Below, in pieces: positions 14,135-28,338 of a DNA stretch of 64,000 nt. The stretch covers positions 39,184,001 to 39,248,000 of the forward strand of contig NC_042999.1 in assembly GCF_006345805.1 (NCBI RefSeq), in the 5' to 3' direction. This stretch comes from Octopus sinensis (Eukaryota). Numbering within the stretch: the stretch's first letter is position 1; every line of letters starts with the position of its first letter. The notes under the pieces are model-generated. The model ran no database searches and had not been told where the DNA came from. It saw nothing but the letters and a program-made list of their open reading frames with translations. The position numbers were made by a program, and so were the translations under genes.

Positions 14135-14894
14135 TCCACTGAAAAAATAAGTGATATAGATATCCACTTTATACAGCTCAACCGATTAGCGCTGTGATAG
14201 AGCTTCAGGAATATAAAATTAAGGAGAGGAGAAACCAAATTCAAATGTCGATGTAGATAGTCATTCAATCCATTTTAACGAAATTCTCCATAGTATACAA
14301 AGTGCATACATAGATGTACTCGTCTATATGATGTATAAAAAATTCCTAGGACTTTATAAATCCTTACATATATACGAAAATTTATAAATATATAAAACTT
14401 CATGCGCATAAAAATTTACAAACGTATAAAAATTCATAAATGAAATCTAAAGAAGGGTGTAAGTCCATAAATATACGTGCGAAGTCCGAGTGAAGAGGAT
14501 GATAAAGCAGATGTAAACTGATTCATAAGGAGTCTAGAACATGTATAATGTCAATGCATAAAGTCTTACGTCCGCTTCGAATAGATATAGGTTGCTATGG
14601 GCAAGCTAACTCCAAAGATAGCAATATTATATCTTTCTCTCAACAGAGTTAATAGAATCACAAGTTTAAAATTTTAAAAGGAATGGTGGGTTAAATAATA
14701 TATTAAAAATTGAATGTGTTATCGGGCCATTCTCTTCGGGTAAATAACGTTAAAATGTTTTACGACACAATACATAATTTAGGGTATATTACGACGCTAT
14801 ATATAAAATATAAAGGTTTAGAAGAGTCCATAATATGATGTAAGGTTAAATTAGAATCCTATAGTTTAATTATTTTTGAATAATTTAAAAGTTG

Positions 14895-15520
14895 AAAGAT
14901 ATGTTTACAGGTATTTATAACGTCAGATATTTTATTGAGTAAACAAATCTTGTTGGTTCGGATTATGTGGATCGCCTGCTTCGTCCATGAATCACAGTTC
15001 TTCGTGTGTATTATATGGTGTGGCTTCCCTTATTATAGATCATTTCATATTGAATTCTTTGTTTTCATTTTTAATCTATTGATGTTCGTTGCTAGTGTGG
15101 TTAATTTTTTTGTTTCGTGCTTAGTCAACGAGTTTATATACGCCCTAAATCTAATTTTAAAGTAAACAGTACTACCTATGTAATTTTTTTAGGTTCATTT
15201 AGGGTTGAGACTTTATATGCACTATTTCTTATTAAACATATGTCTTTAAGGGGTCAAAATTCCCTATTACGACAATTACGTGTTTTTTATTTCGTTTCCG
15301 GGTTTAGTTTTACTATTTTTAATATCCAAGTCCTTATTATTGTTCACCGTATTAGGGTCAGTTTGGTTATCTCTAATGGTTTCCTTACTTGAAAGTTTAA
15401 GTCTGTTATTTGCTACGATGATAGACCCAAGATTGGATGTGGTAGAATACGAAAATTTAAGACACGATCCTTAATAAGGTTTGAATGAATAGATATACCG
15501 GCCTTTGAAATTGGTTTCTC
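14895..15520 (-). mobile_element. Penelope-like retroelement GIY-YIG endonuclease remnant
   Basis: Minus-strand translation NCRNREF*PLKDICLIRNSAYKVST...YIGSTVYFKIRF...SIIREATPY...LLNKISDVINTCKH matches the CNCR..CPL..C..Y...YIG..R...LLNK.SE...C.H pattern of invertebrate PLEs. Confidence 0.75.
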
Positions 15521-15629
15521 CTCTTTTACACACACATACATACATACATATATCTCTCTAACTACCTATCTTAATAAAGAAAGTTATCTATCTATCTGTC
15601 TGCCTGTCTGTCACCCCCTCTCTCTCTCT

Positions 15630-15675
<46 letters not shown>

Positions 15676-15708
15676 TTTATTTAAAAGCAGCAGGAAATTC
15701 AACAAAAA

Positions 15709-15746
15709 CTGTTACTCTGAGCTTCACGTTCCCGTTCGCCGGAGAG
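15709..15746 (-). ncRNA. Degenerate hammerhead-like motif in a short TA-flanked repeat (15674-15820)
   Basis: Minus strand ctct-ccggcga-acg ggaa cgt-gaag-ctcagag-ta-acag: HHR topology with several core substitutions. Confidence 0.35.
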
Positions 15747-16105
15747 TGATTTTCTAGCAAAACCTGCTATTTGAGAACTCCTTTTTCTACCTTGTTTCAC
15801 ATTTATGTGTTTACTCGGGATATATATATATATATATATAGCAATTAAGGACAACTACTTAATAAGGAAAACTTAACAAGAAATTGTCAGGTAGATAGCG
15901 TAAAAACCTCATAAGAGAAAAAATTTTCGAAAATATTATTTCTTATTGAACATATTAATTTATATATAGAGGGCATTATACATACATGCCAGGAGGCATT
16001 CTACATACACGCCATACGCTAAGAGGGACAATCAGTCATTTCTACCAAAAATATTACTAATCCCACCGAATGCAATTTTTCAAAGAAAGACATTTAAAAA
16101 TATAT

Positions 16106-16152
16106 AGACTGTATCACAGTGATTTCATACTTACGTAATCATCAGCAGGCCT
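16106..16152 (-). ncRNA. Type I hammerhead ribozyme (array copy; 1-nt deletion in stem I)
   Basis: Reverse complement of the motif at 16573. Confidence 0.65.
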
Positions 16153-16572
16153 GAATATACTATAAAAAACAACGACCCTGCTTCGCTTAAGCCGATCAGC
16201 TAACTGATCAACATCAACGAAGCACATGGGTGGGTTTAATAATACTATATCCGGATGAATGGCAAACTTTTACGAATTGCATTCGGGAGAGGAAAGTTTT
16301 TTCGGAATAAAATTTAGCAATTAAGGACAACTACTTAATAAGGAAAACTTAACAAGAAATTGTCAGGTAGATAGCGTAAAAACCTCATAAGAGAAAAATT
16401 CGAAAATAATTATTTCTATTGAACATATTAATTTATAATAGAGGGCATTATACATACATGCCAGGAGGCATCTACATACACGCCATACGCTAAGAGGGAC
16501 AATCAGTCATTTCTACCAAAAATATTACTAATCCCACCGAAAGCAGGGTCGTTGTTTATTTATAGTATATTC

Positions 16573-16620
16573 AGGCCTGCTGATGATTACGTAAGTATGA
16601 AATCACTGTGATACAGGTCT
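16573..16620 (+). ncRNA. Minimal type I hammerhead ribozyme
   Basis: aggcctg-CTGATGA-t tac gtaa gta t-GAAA-tcac t gtga-TA-caggtct: 7-bp stem I, near-palindromic stem III ATCAC-T-GTGAT, AUA triplet. Stem II is closed by U-U rather than G-C. Confidence 0.75.
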
Positions 16621-17049
16621 ATATATTTTAAATGTCTTTCTTTGTAAAATTGCATTCGGTGGGATTAGTAAATTTTTGGTAGAAATGACTGATTGTCCCT
16701 CTTAGCGTATGGCGTGTATGTAGAATTGCCTCCTGGCATGTATGTATAATGCCCTCTATATATAAATTAATATGTTCAATAAGAAATAATTATTTTCGAA
16801 ATTTTTCTCTTATGAGGTTTTTACGCTATCTACCTGACAATTTCTTGTTAAGTTTTCCTTATTAAGTAGTTGTCCTTAATTGCTAAATTTTTATTCCGAA
16901 AAAACTTTTCCTCTCCCGAAATGCAATTCGTAAAAGTTTGCCATTCATCCGGATATAGTATATAAACCCACCCATGTGCTTCGTTGATGTTGATCAGTTA
17001 GCTGATCGGCTTAAGCGAAGCAGGGTCGTTGTTTATTTATAGTATATTC

Positions 17050-17096
17050 AGGCCTGCTGATGATTACGTAAGTATGAAATCACTGTGATACAGGTT
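17050..17096 (+). ncRNA. Minimal type I hammerhead ribozyme (array copy)
   Basis: Core identical to 16573. Confidence 0.75.
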
Positions 17097-17521
17097 ATAT
17101 TTTTAAATGTCTTTCTTTGAAAAATTGCATTCGGTGGGATTAGTAATATTTTTGGTAGAAATGACTGATTGTCCCTCTTAGCGTATGGCGGTATGTAGAA
17201 TGCCTCCTGGCATGTATGTATAATGCCCTCTATATATAAATTAATATGTTCAATAAGAAATAATTATTTTCGAAATTTTTCTCTTATGAGGTTTTTACGC
17301 TATACCTGACAATTTCTTGTTAAGTTTTCCTTATTAAGTAGTTGTCCTTAATTGCTAAATTTTTATTCCGAAAAAACTTTTCCTCTCCCGAAATGCAATT
17401 CGTAAAAGTTTGCCATTCATCCGGATATAGTATATAAAACCCACCCATGTGCTTCGTTGATGTTGATCAGTTAGCTGATCGGCTTAAGCGAAGCAGGGTC
17501 GTTGTTTATTATAGTATATTC

Positions 17522-17569
17522 AGGCCTGCTGATGATTACGTAAGTATGAAATCACTGTGATACAGGTCT
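17522..17569 (+). ncRNA. Minimal type I hammerhead ribozyme (array copy)
   Basis: Core identical to 16573. Confidence 0.75.
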
Positions 17570-18376
17570 ATATATTTTAAATGTCTTTCTTTGAAAAATT
17601 GCATTCGGTGGGATTAGTAATATTTTTGGTAGATAGAAATGACTGATTGTCCCTCTTAGCGTATGGCGTGTATGTAGAATGCCTCCTGGCATGTATGTAT
17701 AATGCCCTCTATATATAAATTATATATATAATTATATATATATATATATATTATATATATATATTAATATATATATACATATATTGCCATTTATGTATAA
17801 TATATATATATATATCATACATAAATGGCAATTTCTGTCTGCCGATCTACCTGTTAACCACCTTGCTGTTTACAATAGTGAACAAATCTTGACGAAACTT
17901 TGCATATATGTTAAACGAACTTCCAGTTCAGTTATAGGCTGACTAGATTACAATAAAAGTCCATAATGAGAACCGTTTGGCTGTTAATTGATAAAGTGAG
18001 AAGGGTGCAAAAGACTTTTAGCGTGAGTGAAATGTTGTGTCATAATGAGTGTGGCTGATATCAGGAATGGGGAAAACAAATATAGTGTAGCAGTAAGATG
18101 CTAGCGCTGATGCAGCTGTAATTCACGGATATAAAGGTGACGCTGCATACTTTTGTAAATATATAGATACATGCATACATACACATACACAATATACGCA
18201 GACATACATTCACATACACATAACTAACGATGGGGGGGGGGAAGAAATGTGGGTGTGAGGAATACGCAACTTCAATAATTTAAAGTGAAGATGGCTTTTA
18301 TACTGCCCATAGCAAAGAAACACTCGCCCGCAGACATACACATACATACATACATACACATACATACATACATACA

Positions 18377-18424
<48 letters not shown>

Positions 18425-18542
18425 TACATATATATATATATATACATACATACATACATATGTACATACATACAAACATACATACATGTCTACACCATTT
18501 TAAACTCGTGATTGCCTGTTTGTACGTTTGTAAATGCGTGTG

Positions 18543-18590
<48 letters not shown>

Positions 18591-20679
18591 TTCATGTGTA
18601 TGTGATAGTACAGAATATTATGAATAAAGTGAAAGCAGAAGATAGATATTTGCCGAGGAAACCAAAAAACAGAAAATGAAAATACTAATAACGTAACAAT
18701 TACGAAAATCGGAATACTTCGAAAATGCAGAGAAATTAATCTCTACTTTTCTTTCGTAAAAGCTTGCGTAAATAAATAAAAAAAAAAGACTTTGATAATA
18801 AAGAATTTTAATGCCTCGTTTAGTCTGACAGCTTCTTAATGTTTTGATTATTTATGATACATTTAATCCCAAATTAAACTATAAAATAAAAATAATCAAT
18901 TTTTGAAACACACATACAGAAGCACGCTGCCTCGATTAGTCGTACTTATAAGCGTATTTACGCAATTATTCATATACTCACACGCACAAATACATTAATA
19001 GTGATGTCTGCGAGTGCGCGCGTGTGCCCGTGTCTATGTGTCAGTGTGTGCTTGCGTTTGTAAGTATACACATATCGAAAGTGGTAAGCCGAAAATACTT
19101 CTATTGATTAAATACACATGCATACACACAGACACACACATACACACATATGTATACGTGCATATGGGTTTGTGTTTTTCAGAGTATGTATACATACAAA
19201 ATGTTATGGAGCGAGATCCTTATTGATTATATACATGTGTGTATGTCATCTGTGTGTGTGCTTGTCTGTTTGTGCGTATGAGGATATGTATGTTTCTATC
19301 TTGTTTGCTCTTGTAGCTATGTTTATGCACGTGGGAGTCTGAATAATGAGTTCATCATATCATAATATATATCTAATTAATTTATGATTATGGAAAATAT
19401 GCTTACAGACTCATCCTGAGAGCATACAATACGTAAATAAAGAAGCTAACAATTTCATTATAGTTATTAATGTGATATTATTTACCAGTGCTTTTTTTTT
19501 ACTTGTTATTTATGATTAGAGATTGCGTTTTATAAATATTTCTGATTTAGATACATGATCAGAAAAGTTGAAAGGATTGCTGTTAGTTTATAACATCACC
19601 CCAAGTAAGTTAATGTATCGTCCCCGAAATTATGGATGGCAGAGCTGACCACAGTAGGACTGGATCTCAGAATATAAAGAGCGTGAAGTATTACACAACA
19701 CTCTTTCTCAAGCTTCAACGAGTTTATCAATCCCCTGCTTTACTTTTATGTATTATCATAACAAAGTGCATAATAATGTGTGTATATATTAATGATATTA
19801 TTAAGTTATATATAATATTATAGACATAAATCTATATTTGTATTGTTTTTGTATTTGTGACCGTTTATGCATGGATGATACATATACGAAAGAATTAATA
19901 TCGGTGTTATTTAAGTTGAATTTCTGTAAATGCGTATGTTTAAAAGTAACAACTATATGAATATTCCTTTCCTGTAATATAACTGAGGGGCATATTCAAA
20001 TGGTAGTAATGCTGTTCTGTGGAATGGGCTATGCGAGAGCCGTTAGCAGTATAATAGTTAAGACAGAAAATGCATGGTGATGAAGTAATAAAGGTAGGTA
20101 ATTTTGTAGATCTTTATGAAACCACAAGCGTTAAGGTGTTTCAAAAAAGAATACAGAACACTACAACGGTACAGTCTTCGTATTCTTTATTGGAGTAAGA
20201 GCGGAGTCACTTGGCCTTACAAAAAAGTTGAGTATGATCAAAATTTTTTTGGAACTCTTCCGTAAGTATATATTTTAACTTAAAATATTCGGAATAAGGG
20301 CGTTATTTTTAGTGTTCCAGAGAGACTCACCAGGCGAATTATCAAAAGTTAAGAATAATAACGTTATGAGATACAGAGCTTGATACTAGCGATACTAAGA
20401 CATTTAGAGTCAACGTATCTGCTTTGGACTTGCATGCGAGGGTGTAGTAGTAACAAAAACCGATTTGACTTATAAAATAATTACATTCATAACTAGGTAT
20501 GCTTATATATATCGGACTATATTTTTACATGGAAAATTTAAAACACGGTAATTTACTTTGAAAGTATGTGGCTGCCATCTTTAGTGAGTCAAATCAATGC
20601 ATTGAGTCTCAGTCATTGGGTCTAACGAAGACAAGCTTATACCGAACTGCACTTCACATGTTATTAATTATAAAACAAG

Positions 20680-21135
<456 letters not shown>

Positions 21136-21138
21136 CGT

Positions 21139-21400
21139 GGGCGTAGTGGTTAAGAGCGTGGGTTACTAACCCCGAAATTCCTAGTTCGATTTCAGGCAGT
21201 GACCTGAATAATAACAATAATAATGATAATAATAATAATATCGAAAAATACCTTAGGAATGAGAAGCCAGGTTCTAAATTTCCCCAAGACACCTGATGAC
21301 GGCTGGAGGGTATATCAGCCGAAATGATGAGTACAATAGCCGTCAAATGTAAATAATGTAAATGCAGTGTACATCGTAGTAGAAGTATTGCGAGATTTCC
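21139..21400 (+). mobile_element. tRNA-head/(AAT)n/HHR-tail SINE-like element, plus copy
   Basis: ggcgtagtggttaagagcgtgggttactaaccccgaaattcctagttcgatttcaggcagtgacc-(aat)n-...gacac-ctgatga-c-ggctg gagggtatat cagcc-gaaa at 21288-21324; the 3' strand of the HHR is deleted. Confidence 0.75.
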
Positions 21401-21986
21401 TGAGTGAATATACGAATGAATGTGTGCATATAAGGAAGTATGTAAGCAAGTATGTATGTATGTAAGCACGTATGTATGTATGTATGCATATATATGTGTG
21501 TGTGTGTTTGTAAGTATGTATGCATGTATGGATTTTAAAGGCGTGTGCCCGAGTTGACAGAGCGCTGGACTGAGAATTACAAGACCGGACCGATTGGTGT
21601 GTTGTGTTATTCAGGAAAACATATCATTTTGCGCGGTTCACTTTAAATTTACATGTGGCAACTTAATATTTGACATGTCTCACAGTCTCTGTATAATCTG
21701 TGTCAATTTAATCAAAAAAGGAATCTCGTTTGCACCACAAATATATGATACTCTAGACATATCGGCAATGAATGTTGGTCAGCAAAAATTGCGGAACTGA
21801 GGAGAGTACACATATGTAAGTATATTTGCATGGATTGATGTATATTTTTAGGTATGTATGGAGGCACGAATAGACGTGCGTACGTGCATACGTACGTATA
21901 TATGTTTGTATATATGTTTGTAGAATGTATAGCTGTGTATATCGCAATCTGTCAACGTGTATTGTATTTCTACACTGCACTTCTAA

Positions 21987-22378
21987 TCTTTATATACAAA
22001 AGTGAAGTTGTGTGTCTGTCTCCTACGATTTAGATTCCTAACTACTCCCACATTTTGCGGTGCAGTGTAACCAAAAGCGGGTATCTTATAGTCGTGATTC
22101 ATATCGAGCCCTTCTGGGTATTAGCACACGTCTACGATGACTCTACGATTTAAAAAAAATTACCATCATTTTTTCCCATTTTTAATGTATTTTTTGCTAT
22201 CAGATAAGGGACGTAACTCTCTAAAAATGTATTATTAAATCTCAGAACGTAAAAAGCTACAGTAACACCCCCCTTTGTGGTTAGCCATATTGAGATGGCT
22301 ATTATACTTTACATCTCTAAAAATGCTTATATAGTCATTTCCCTTACAAACCCGAGCAACGCCGGGCGATACTGCTAG
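21987..22378 (+). mobile_element. Non-autonomous Helitron
   Basis: 5' TC, 3' hairpin cccgagcaacgccggg then CTAG, inserted between A and T; closely related copy at 39511. Confidence 0.8.
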
Positions 22379-24283
22379 TTTGAAATAAAGCAGGCAACCT
22401 CTGTGGTAGTATTAGCAGCTGGAGTAATAACCATTGAAATAATAGTATTAAGGAAGTGCCATGATACTTCCTTAACTTCGTAAACTGGTAATAGTATAAA
22501 CATTTTCTATTGATTGGAAAACATCTGCTCAGTGTTGTTAATGTAGTGAAAACGTATGAATTATTAACCGAGCTTTAATTACAGATTACTTCCATTATTC
22601 TGTAGGTTCTCTTAGCGACAATACACGAAATATCAGCCAGAACGATTGCCTACAACAACCACCAGATCTGGCGCCCGATGTTAGAAATTGCAGCCTACGA
22701 TGGTGTCACCAAGTGGACACAAAATATAATCACTTGATATACTAGAAACAACAGCCCTCTAGAATCCTTCTAATGGTATCTCGAAGTGATCACTCGATAG
22801 ACCAAGAAACATGTAAGGGGGATAAAATAGAAGAGCTTGTATATATGCTTAGCATAACTAACCATTCCAATTTCTATTGCTGCAAGTCTCAGGTTAATAC
22901 ACGAAGTTCTTAGAGGTAGGTACTACTTGACGATAAAGTAAATATAGTTATGGGTTTTTATTTGGTATCTTCAGACATCGTTGTAGTGATTGATATTTGG
23001 AGTCTCTTTGCAAACGTCATTTTTCTCGTAGTTTATGTGCTAAAGATATTTTGCTGACAAGACATGCTTGTGAATTTTATTCTTCTGGTTCTGATGCCAT
23101 TTTTTGCCTCATTATTTTGAACTTCTACTCACTAAAATGTGTGCAAATGGAATATGAATTATTAAGTTTTGTGTTAGAATCCTAATTCAAGTAGAAAAAT
23201 CTGGACGGTTTTGACCTATTTGGTTGGTGGGTGGTAGAGATTAAACTAACTTCTTTAGCACGTGATGTCTCCTACAAGGTCTGCGACACATACCGATGTG
23301 CGATATAATGTAACATATGATGCATTCTTAGAAATACTCGAATGGAGTTCTGAGTTGTTCTCAAACATATTGATATAAACAGCAAATGTTTGTTTTTTAT
23401 GTGATTGTGCGGATTATGTATCTGGTATTTACCTGAATGAGTTACGTTAATGATATGAAATAAACTTCAGCTTAGATGGCTGATAGTTTCAGGTTGATTT
23501 TGAAATATATCTGGCTACACTGTCGAATATAAATTTGTTAGAAAATGCCTTTAAAAATTTGTAAGCATCATTATTTCAAATCCTAAATGACGAATATTAT
23601 TGTAATTATTGTTGTTGAGAATGCTGTATTCTGGGGTTTTTTACGATTTTTATTTGACATGGAAATATGTTAAACATGCTTATATTTTTTCTACTGTTTT
23701 GGTCATCCGGTTTATACACATGATTCTAATTATACAGGGCAATTACAAAATACTGATAAATCTGTCATATATAACACCATGATTTAAAAGGGAGATATTA
23801 TTTCAGGATATCTTATTTAAGGATATATTTTTAAGTAACATATGAATCATATTGCAAATGATACCATTTAATCTATGACAATATCATCACGGAGACTAAG
23901 TTTCTTTACAACTATGCATTCTGAGGGACAGTATAACACATCTTTTCTAAATTTGTCATCAGAGAATTCCACAATTTCTATAGTTAAAACGTTTTGAAGT
24001 TCTTAGGGCATTATATAATATCAATACTTCCATTCAAAATGCAATTATTTTTTGGCGACAAACATAATATATCGGAATATGGATGGCTTTCAAGATTAGA
24101 TAACAGGCAAGCACTATGGGCAAATGGAGAGCGGATGGTTGTAGATAGATATTCCGTTAAAGTTGTTAGCCTTGCATTTGCAATTGATGTCCATCCATAT
24201 TGTAATTGTAATACGCAAGTGGAAATGAAATTATATGAATACATGTTCATATAAGTGTATACACACACATACATATATATGCG

Positions 24284-24320
<37 letters not shown>

Positions 24321-24683
24321 GTATATATATATATGTGTGTGTGTATGTATGAGTGTGTTAACAAATATGTAAGGTTTCATTACAATTCTCTCAACAAAAC
24401 GCTATAGTTAGACTGAGGACACTATCAAATAGCATAAATTGTTAAACCGCGGTCATCGCAAACGCTATATATCAAAAGAAGAAGAATGTGCGTGAAGTAG
24501 ATTTTTTCCATTAATTCAAATGGATCGCTTTCAGCTACAACACAATATAATCGTATTTTGAACCCACCTGAAGGGCATTCCAATGTATGTACTAATGTTC
24601 TTTTGCGGTATGGCTCACAGACAACAACGCCAGTAACCGAATTATAGAGGATCGTTAAAAAATTTGATCTTTTATAATAATAC

Positions 24684-24745
<62 letters not shown>

Positions 24746-24776
24746 TATTACGGTTTTTTTTTTTTGTTTTTTTTTA

Positions 24777-25490
24777 AGCTGACCAAGACCACAAAAATGA
24801 AGATCTACCAGGCATGTGTACTCAGCACTCTACTGTATGGAAGCGAGACCTGGACGCTATACACACGCCAAGAGCGTCGCCTAAACATCTTTCACCTGCG
24901 CTGCCTCCGAAAAATCCTCCACATCAAATGGCAGAATCATATCCCCAACAAACGTCCTCAGGCAAGCAGGAATACCAAGCATGTTTGCACTCCTCACACA
25001 AAGACGTATGAGATGGCTTCGGCATGTTAGCCGTATGAAAGATGGCAGAATCCCCAAGGACATACTCTACGGAGAGCTTGCTAGGGGTACTAGGTCTGTG
25101 GGTAGACCGATCTTACGTTACAAGGATGTTTGCAAAAGGGATATGAAGGCCTGCAACATCAACATTAGCGGTTGGGAGGCAGTCGCCGGCAACCGTGGAG
25201 AATGGCGACGTGCAGTAAAAGAGGGTATACAGAGGAGTGACAGAAAGAGAGAGGAGAAATGGAAAGAAAGAAGAGACATAAACAAGAGACCATGGCACTA
25301 CAACCAGCCAGGAACAGTCTTCGCTACATTTGCAGTACCTGCCAGAGGGAGTGTTTGTCCAGGATAGGACTACACAGCCACAGCAAGAAATGTAACAGGA
25401 AATAAAATATAACAGCCGGACTAGACCTAGAAAAAAAAAAAAATGCGCAACTCCATTGTCTCCCGAGACAGAAAGGATGCCAAACAAAAC
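24777..25490 (+). mobile_element. 5'-truncated RTE (BovB-like) LINE, RT C-terminus and 3' tail
   Basis: KIYQACVLSTLLYGSETWTLY...LRCLRKILHIKWQ and QRRMRWLRHVSRMKDGRIPKDILYGEL..GRPILRYKDVCKRDMK; one frameshift; 3' end runs into (TA)n. Confidence 0.9.
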
Positions 25491-25547
<57 letters not shown>

Positions 25548-25631
25548 ACCTATGTATGAATGTGCCAATGTGTTTATCTATCTGTCTCTGTCTCTCTATA
25601 TATGAGTATATATTACATAAATACATGCATG

Positions 25632-25690
<59 letters not shown>

Positions 25691-27331
25691 ATATAACCTC
25701 GGTGCGTTAACATGGCCGCAGCTCTGAGCTGAAACTTGAGAGAAATATATATATAGATAGATAGATAGATATATGTATATATGTATATATATATATATAT
25801 ATGTACATATACATACTTGCGTTTATGCACGTATGGAAATGTGTGTAGGTCTCTCGCAGTTTTTGAGATTAAGAGTATTTTTTGTTACTCTGTTGAAATC
25901 AAGTATTTTCTCCTCTAATGAAGAGAGAAACATACCTGATTCTAAAGGCTTCAAATACCATTTTATAGTTGAATTGATGTAATAATCATATGTTAACTGA
26001 TATAAGGTGCTGTAATTAACGCAGAAATCAAACTTTGTAGCTAATGATTTCCTCTTAAACACTTCCGATTAAGATATATTTTACTGTAATAAATGATGCA
26101 TGATCCGCTTACTGCCATAACATGTCTTCAAAATGATTTCATTTAACTGCTTTTAATTTTGTTATATTAATCCAATAATTATCTCCTGAAATTGTCATTT
26201 GCATATATATATATAAAAGTACATAGACAATGTAAAGATATCCAATATTATGAATCGATCGATTCGAACAATTCATTTTGTTTTTAGTTAGTTGTTATTC
26301 ATTTCTTATTCAGGATTGAGATATATGACTTGATTCAAAATACGTTGCTAATCATAAAATATTCACGTCTTTCCTTCATTTATTAATAATTTGTTTGTGC
26401 TTCTACCGTACTATCTGGTTCTTGTCATCGAAACTACGGAGGACTCGAGAGAACTAAAAGTTAAAATTTATTATTTTGCCTCATAACGAAGAGCTGAACC
26501 TAGAGAACTTGCATCAACATATACACGACATGAATTCAATTCAACTTTCAATATGCAACAGAAAATGCCAGAGGTATATGCGAGCTACACATTCATATAT
26601 ATCTTTTTGTAAACTTAACACGTAAATTCCTGCACTCGGAAATACTTTGTACAGTATTATATTATAAATACTATGGAGGAAAAAAAAGCGTTTTGGAAAT
26701 ACTGCAAAGTACAACTTAATTGTATTTGAAAAAGAATTTCAATAGTGTGTTGTCCAAAATAATCGATTATGTATATAATTGATGAATATTTTGATAAGAA
26801 TCTGAGAAGAATTTTAATGAAAAAAATATAAACAGATTAACGTTTCGCAATATTAAGTACAAACCAGTCCATACACAGTTAGCTGATTCGTGCTGTAATA
26901 AATTGATAGCAATTAATTTATATTTCAATATAAATTACTTGAATTGTTGTATTAAGATTATTTGCCTTTACATTATTTAAAATATTTATTTAATGTATAA
27001 ATCGTAATTATCAGTTTTTAATGGTAAAAACTGTAAAAAGTATTTAAAGATTATATAGATATATGCCCGCGTGTGTGTCTTTTCCTGTGTGTTTGTGTAC
27101 TTTTATTGAAGTTATTTCTCTTCAAACTGTGTCTGTGACCTCATGATAATGTGGGTTTGTTTCTGTATTTATGTCAATTTGCATAATTTTGATTTAAGAA
27201 CGTGATGACAAGTGTTTATTACCAAGATATTATCTGAAAGAAATTACTTGTTATGACTTCAAATGACTATGCAAATAAGTGTCGTTTAATTTTGATCAAT
27301 ATGAAATTTAATGCCGAACCGAATGCCACAA

Positions 27332-27660
27332 CTAACACTATCTACACAGACACGCTTGTGCCTATCTTTTGAATTTTAATAAATGTTTTGTATAAATCAC
27401 ATTAAGCGTACATGTTAAAATACAAAATATCCAGCTCAACAACTCAAGAATAGTATCATGCTGTGTTCTTCCATTTAACTGTGCCAAAGTGAGTTACTGT
27501 TATAAATCAAAAAATAACTTGTTGTTTTCCCTGTTTGCTGTTATTAGTGCTGGTGGTATTTATATAAGGTTATATCGTCTATATAATAATAGTAACAAAG
27601 AAGTTCCAACCAAGATCATATTTTCAGAAACGTGGAATGTTATAAAATGTATAATTCAAT
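27332..27660 (+). repeat. Direct duplication, copy 1 (~330 bp; copy 2 at 28339-28661)
   Basis: ctaacactatctacacagacacgcttgtgcc...gttataaaatgtataattcaa occurs twice, roughly 90% identical by eye. Confidence 0.9.
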
Positions 27661-27999
27661 TTCTGTTAATGCTGTACATTCACACGTCAACACTGAGTTG
27701 TCAGAAGTATAACCAAAGACATCCCAATGTGGCTATCCCCGCTCATTTAATACAGCAGGTACTATGTTATGCATTCAGCTTTACTTCCAGTTTCAGCAAG
27801 TACTCAGGCTATTCTGTTGTAAGTTTGCGTTCGGAAACAAAGTGCTTAACACGATATATTTAATTAAATAAATGAACTGAAACATCTAGTATATTTTGGT
27901 ACAACCTCCTTTTCTGATCTTTTATTTGTATGTCTTTTATTTTTCTCTTGTTTCCGCCATTAAACTGCGGCTACGATATTTATTCTATCAATTCTTATG

Positions 28000-28300
28000 C
28001 TAAACCGACAGATTAAAGGGACGTAAACACAGCAACACGTTTGCCAAGCGGTGCTGGGAAATAAAAGCAGATACAACGACACACCCATGTAAATATACAT
28101 CACACATAAGCACACACTCACACACACACATATATATACACGCACACACGTACATATATAAGCGGATTCTTTCAGTTTCCGTACACAAAATCCACGCAGA
28201 AGGCTTTGGCCAGCCTGCCGCTATAGTAAATGCCATTTACCCAAGTGGTGAAGCAATGGGACTGTAGCAGAAACTATGTGTTTGGAAACTAACATTTTAC
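28000..28300 (-). mobile_element. Diverged SINE family A
   Basis: ttctttcagtttccgt..acaaaatccac..aggctttggcc..gctatagta..tttacccaagtgg is the reverse of the family A body. Confidence 0.65.
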
Positions 28301-28338
28301 CACAGAGTTACCCGTGGGTCTATCCACACACAGCCACG

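Larger units (their letters stand above)
15841..17722. repeat. Tandem array of a ~475-bp unit with an orientation flip at ~16541 (about 1.5 units one way, 2.5 the other), embedded in (TA)n
   Basis: gcaattaaggacaac recurs at 15841 and 16317; the reverse-orientation unit recurs at ~16542, 17018 and 17491. Copies differ mainly by single-base indels. Confidence 0.95.

Noticed and set aside
15841-17722. Possible CRISPR-like or satellite array
   Set aside because: No repeat-spacer alternation: whole units are near-identical. Only ~4 units, with inversion and ribozymes, unlike a satellite.
22606-22740. Plus-strand acceptor with open frame VLLATIHEISARTIAYNNHQIWRPMLEIAAYDG
   Set aside because: No donor, unrecognised peptide, and two frames are equally open.
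23935-23970. Minus-strand ctgatga..gaaa
   Set aside because: No stem II pairing; chance match.
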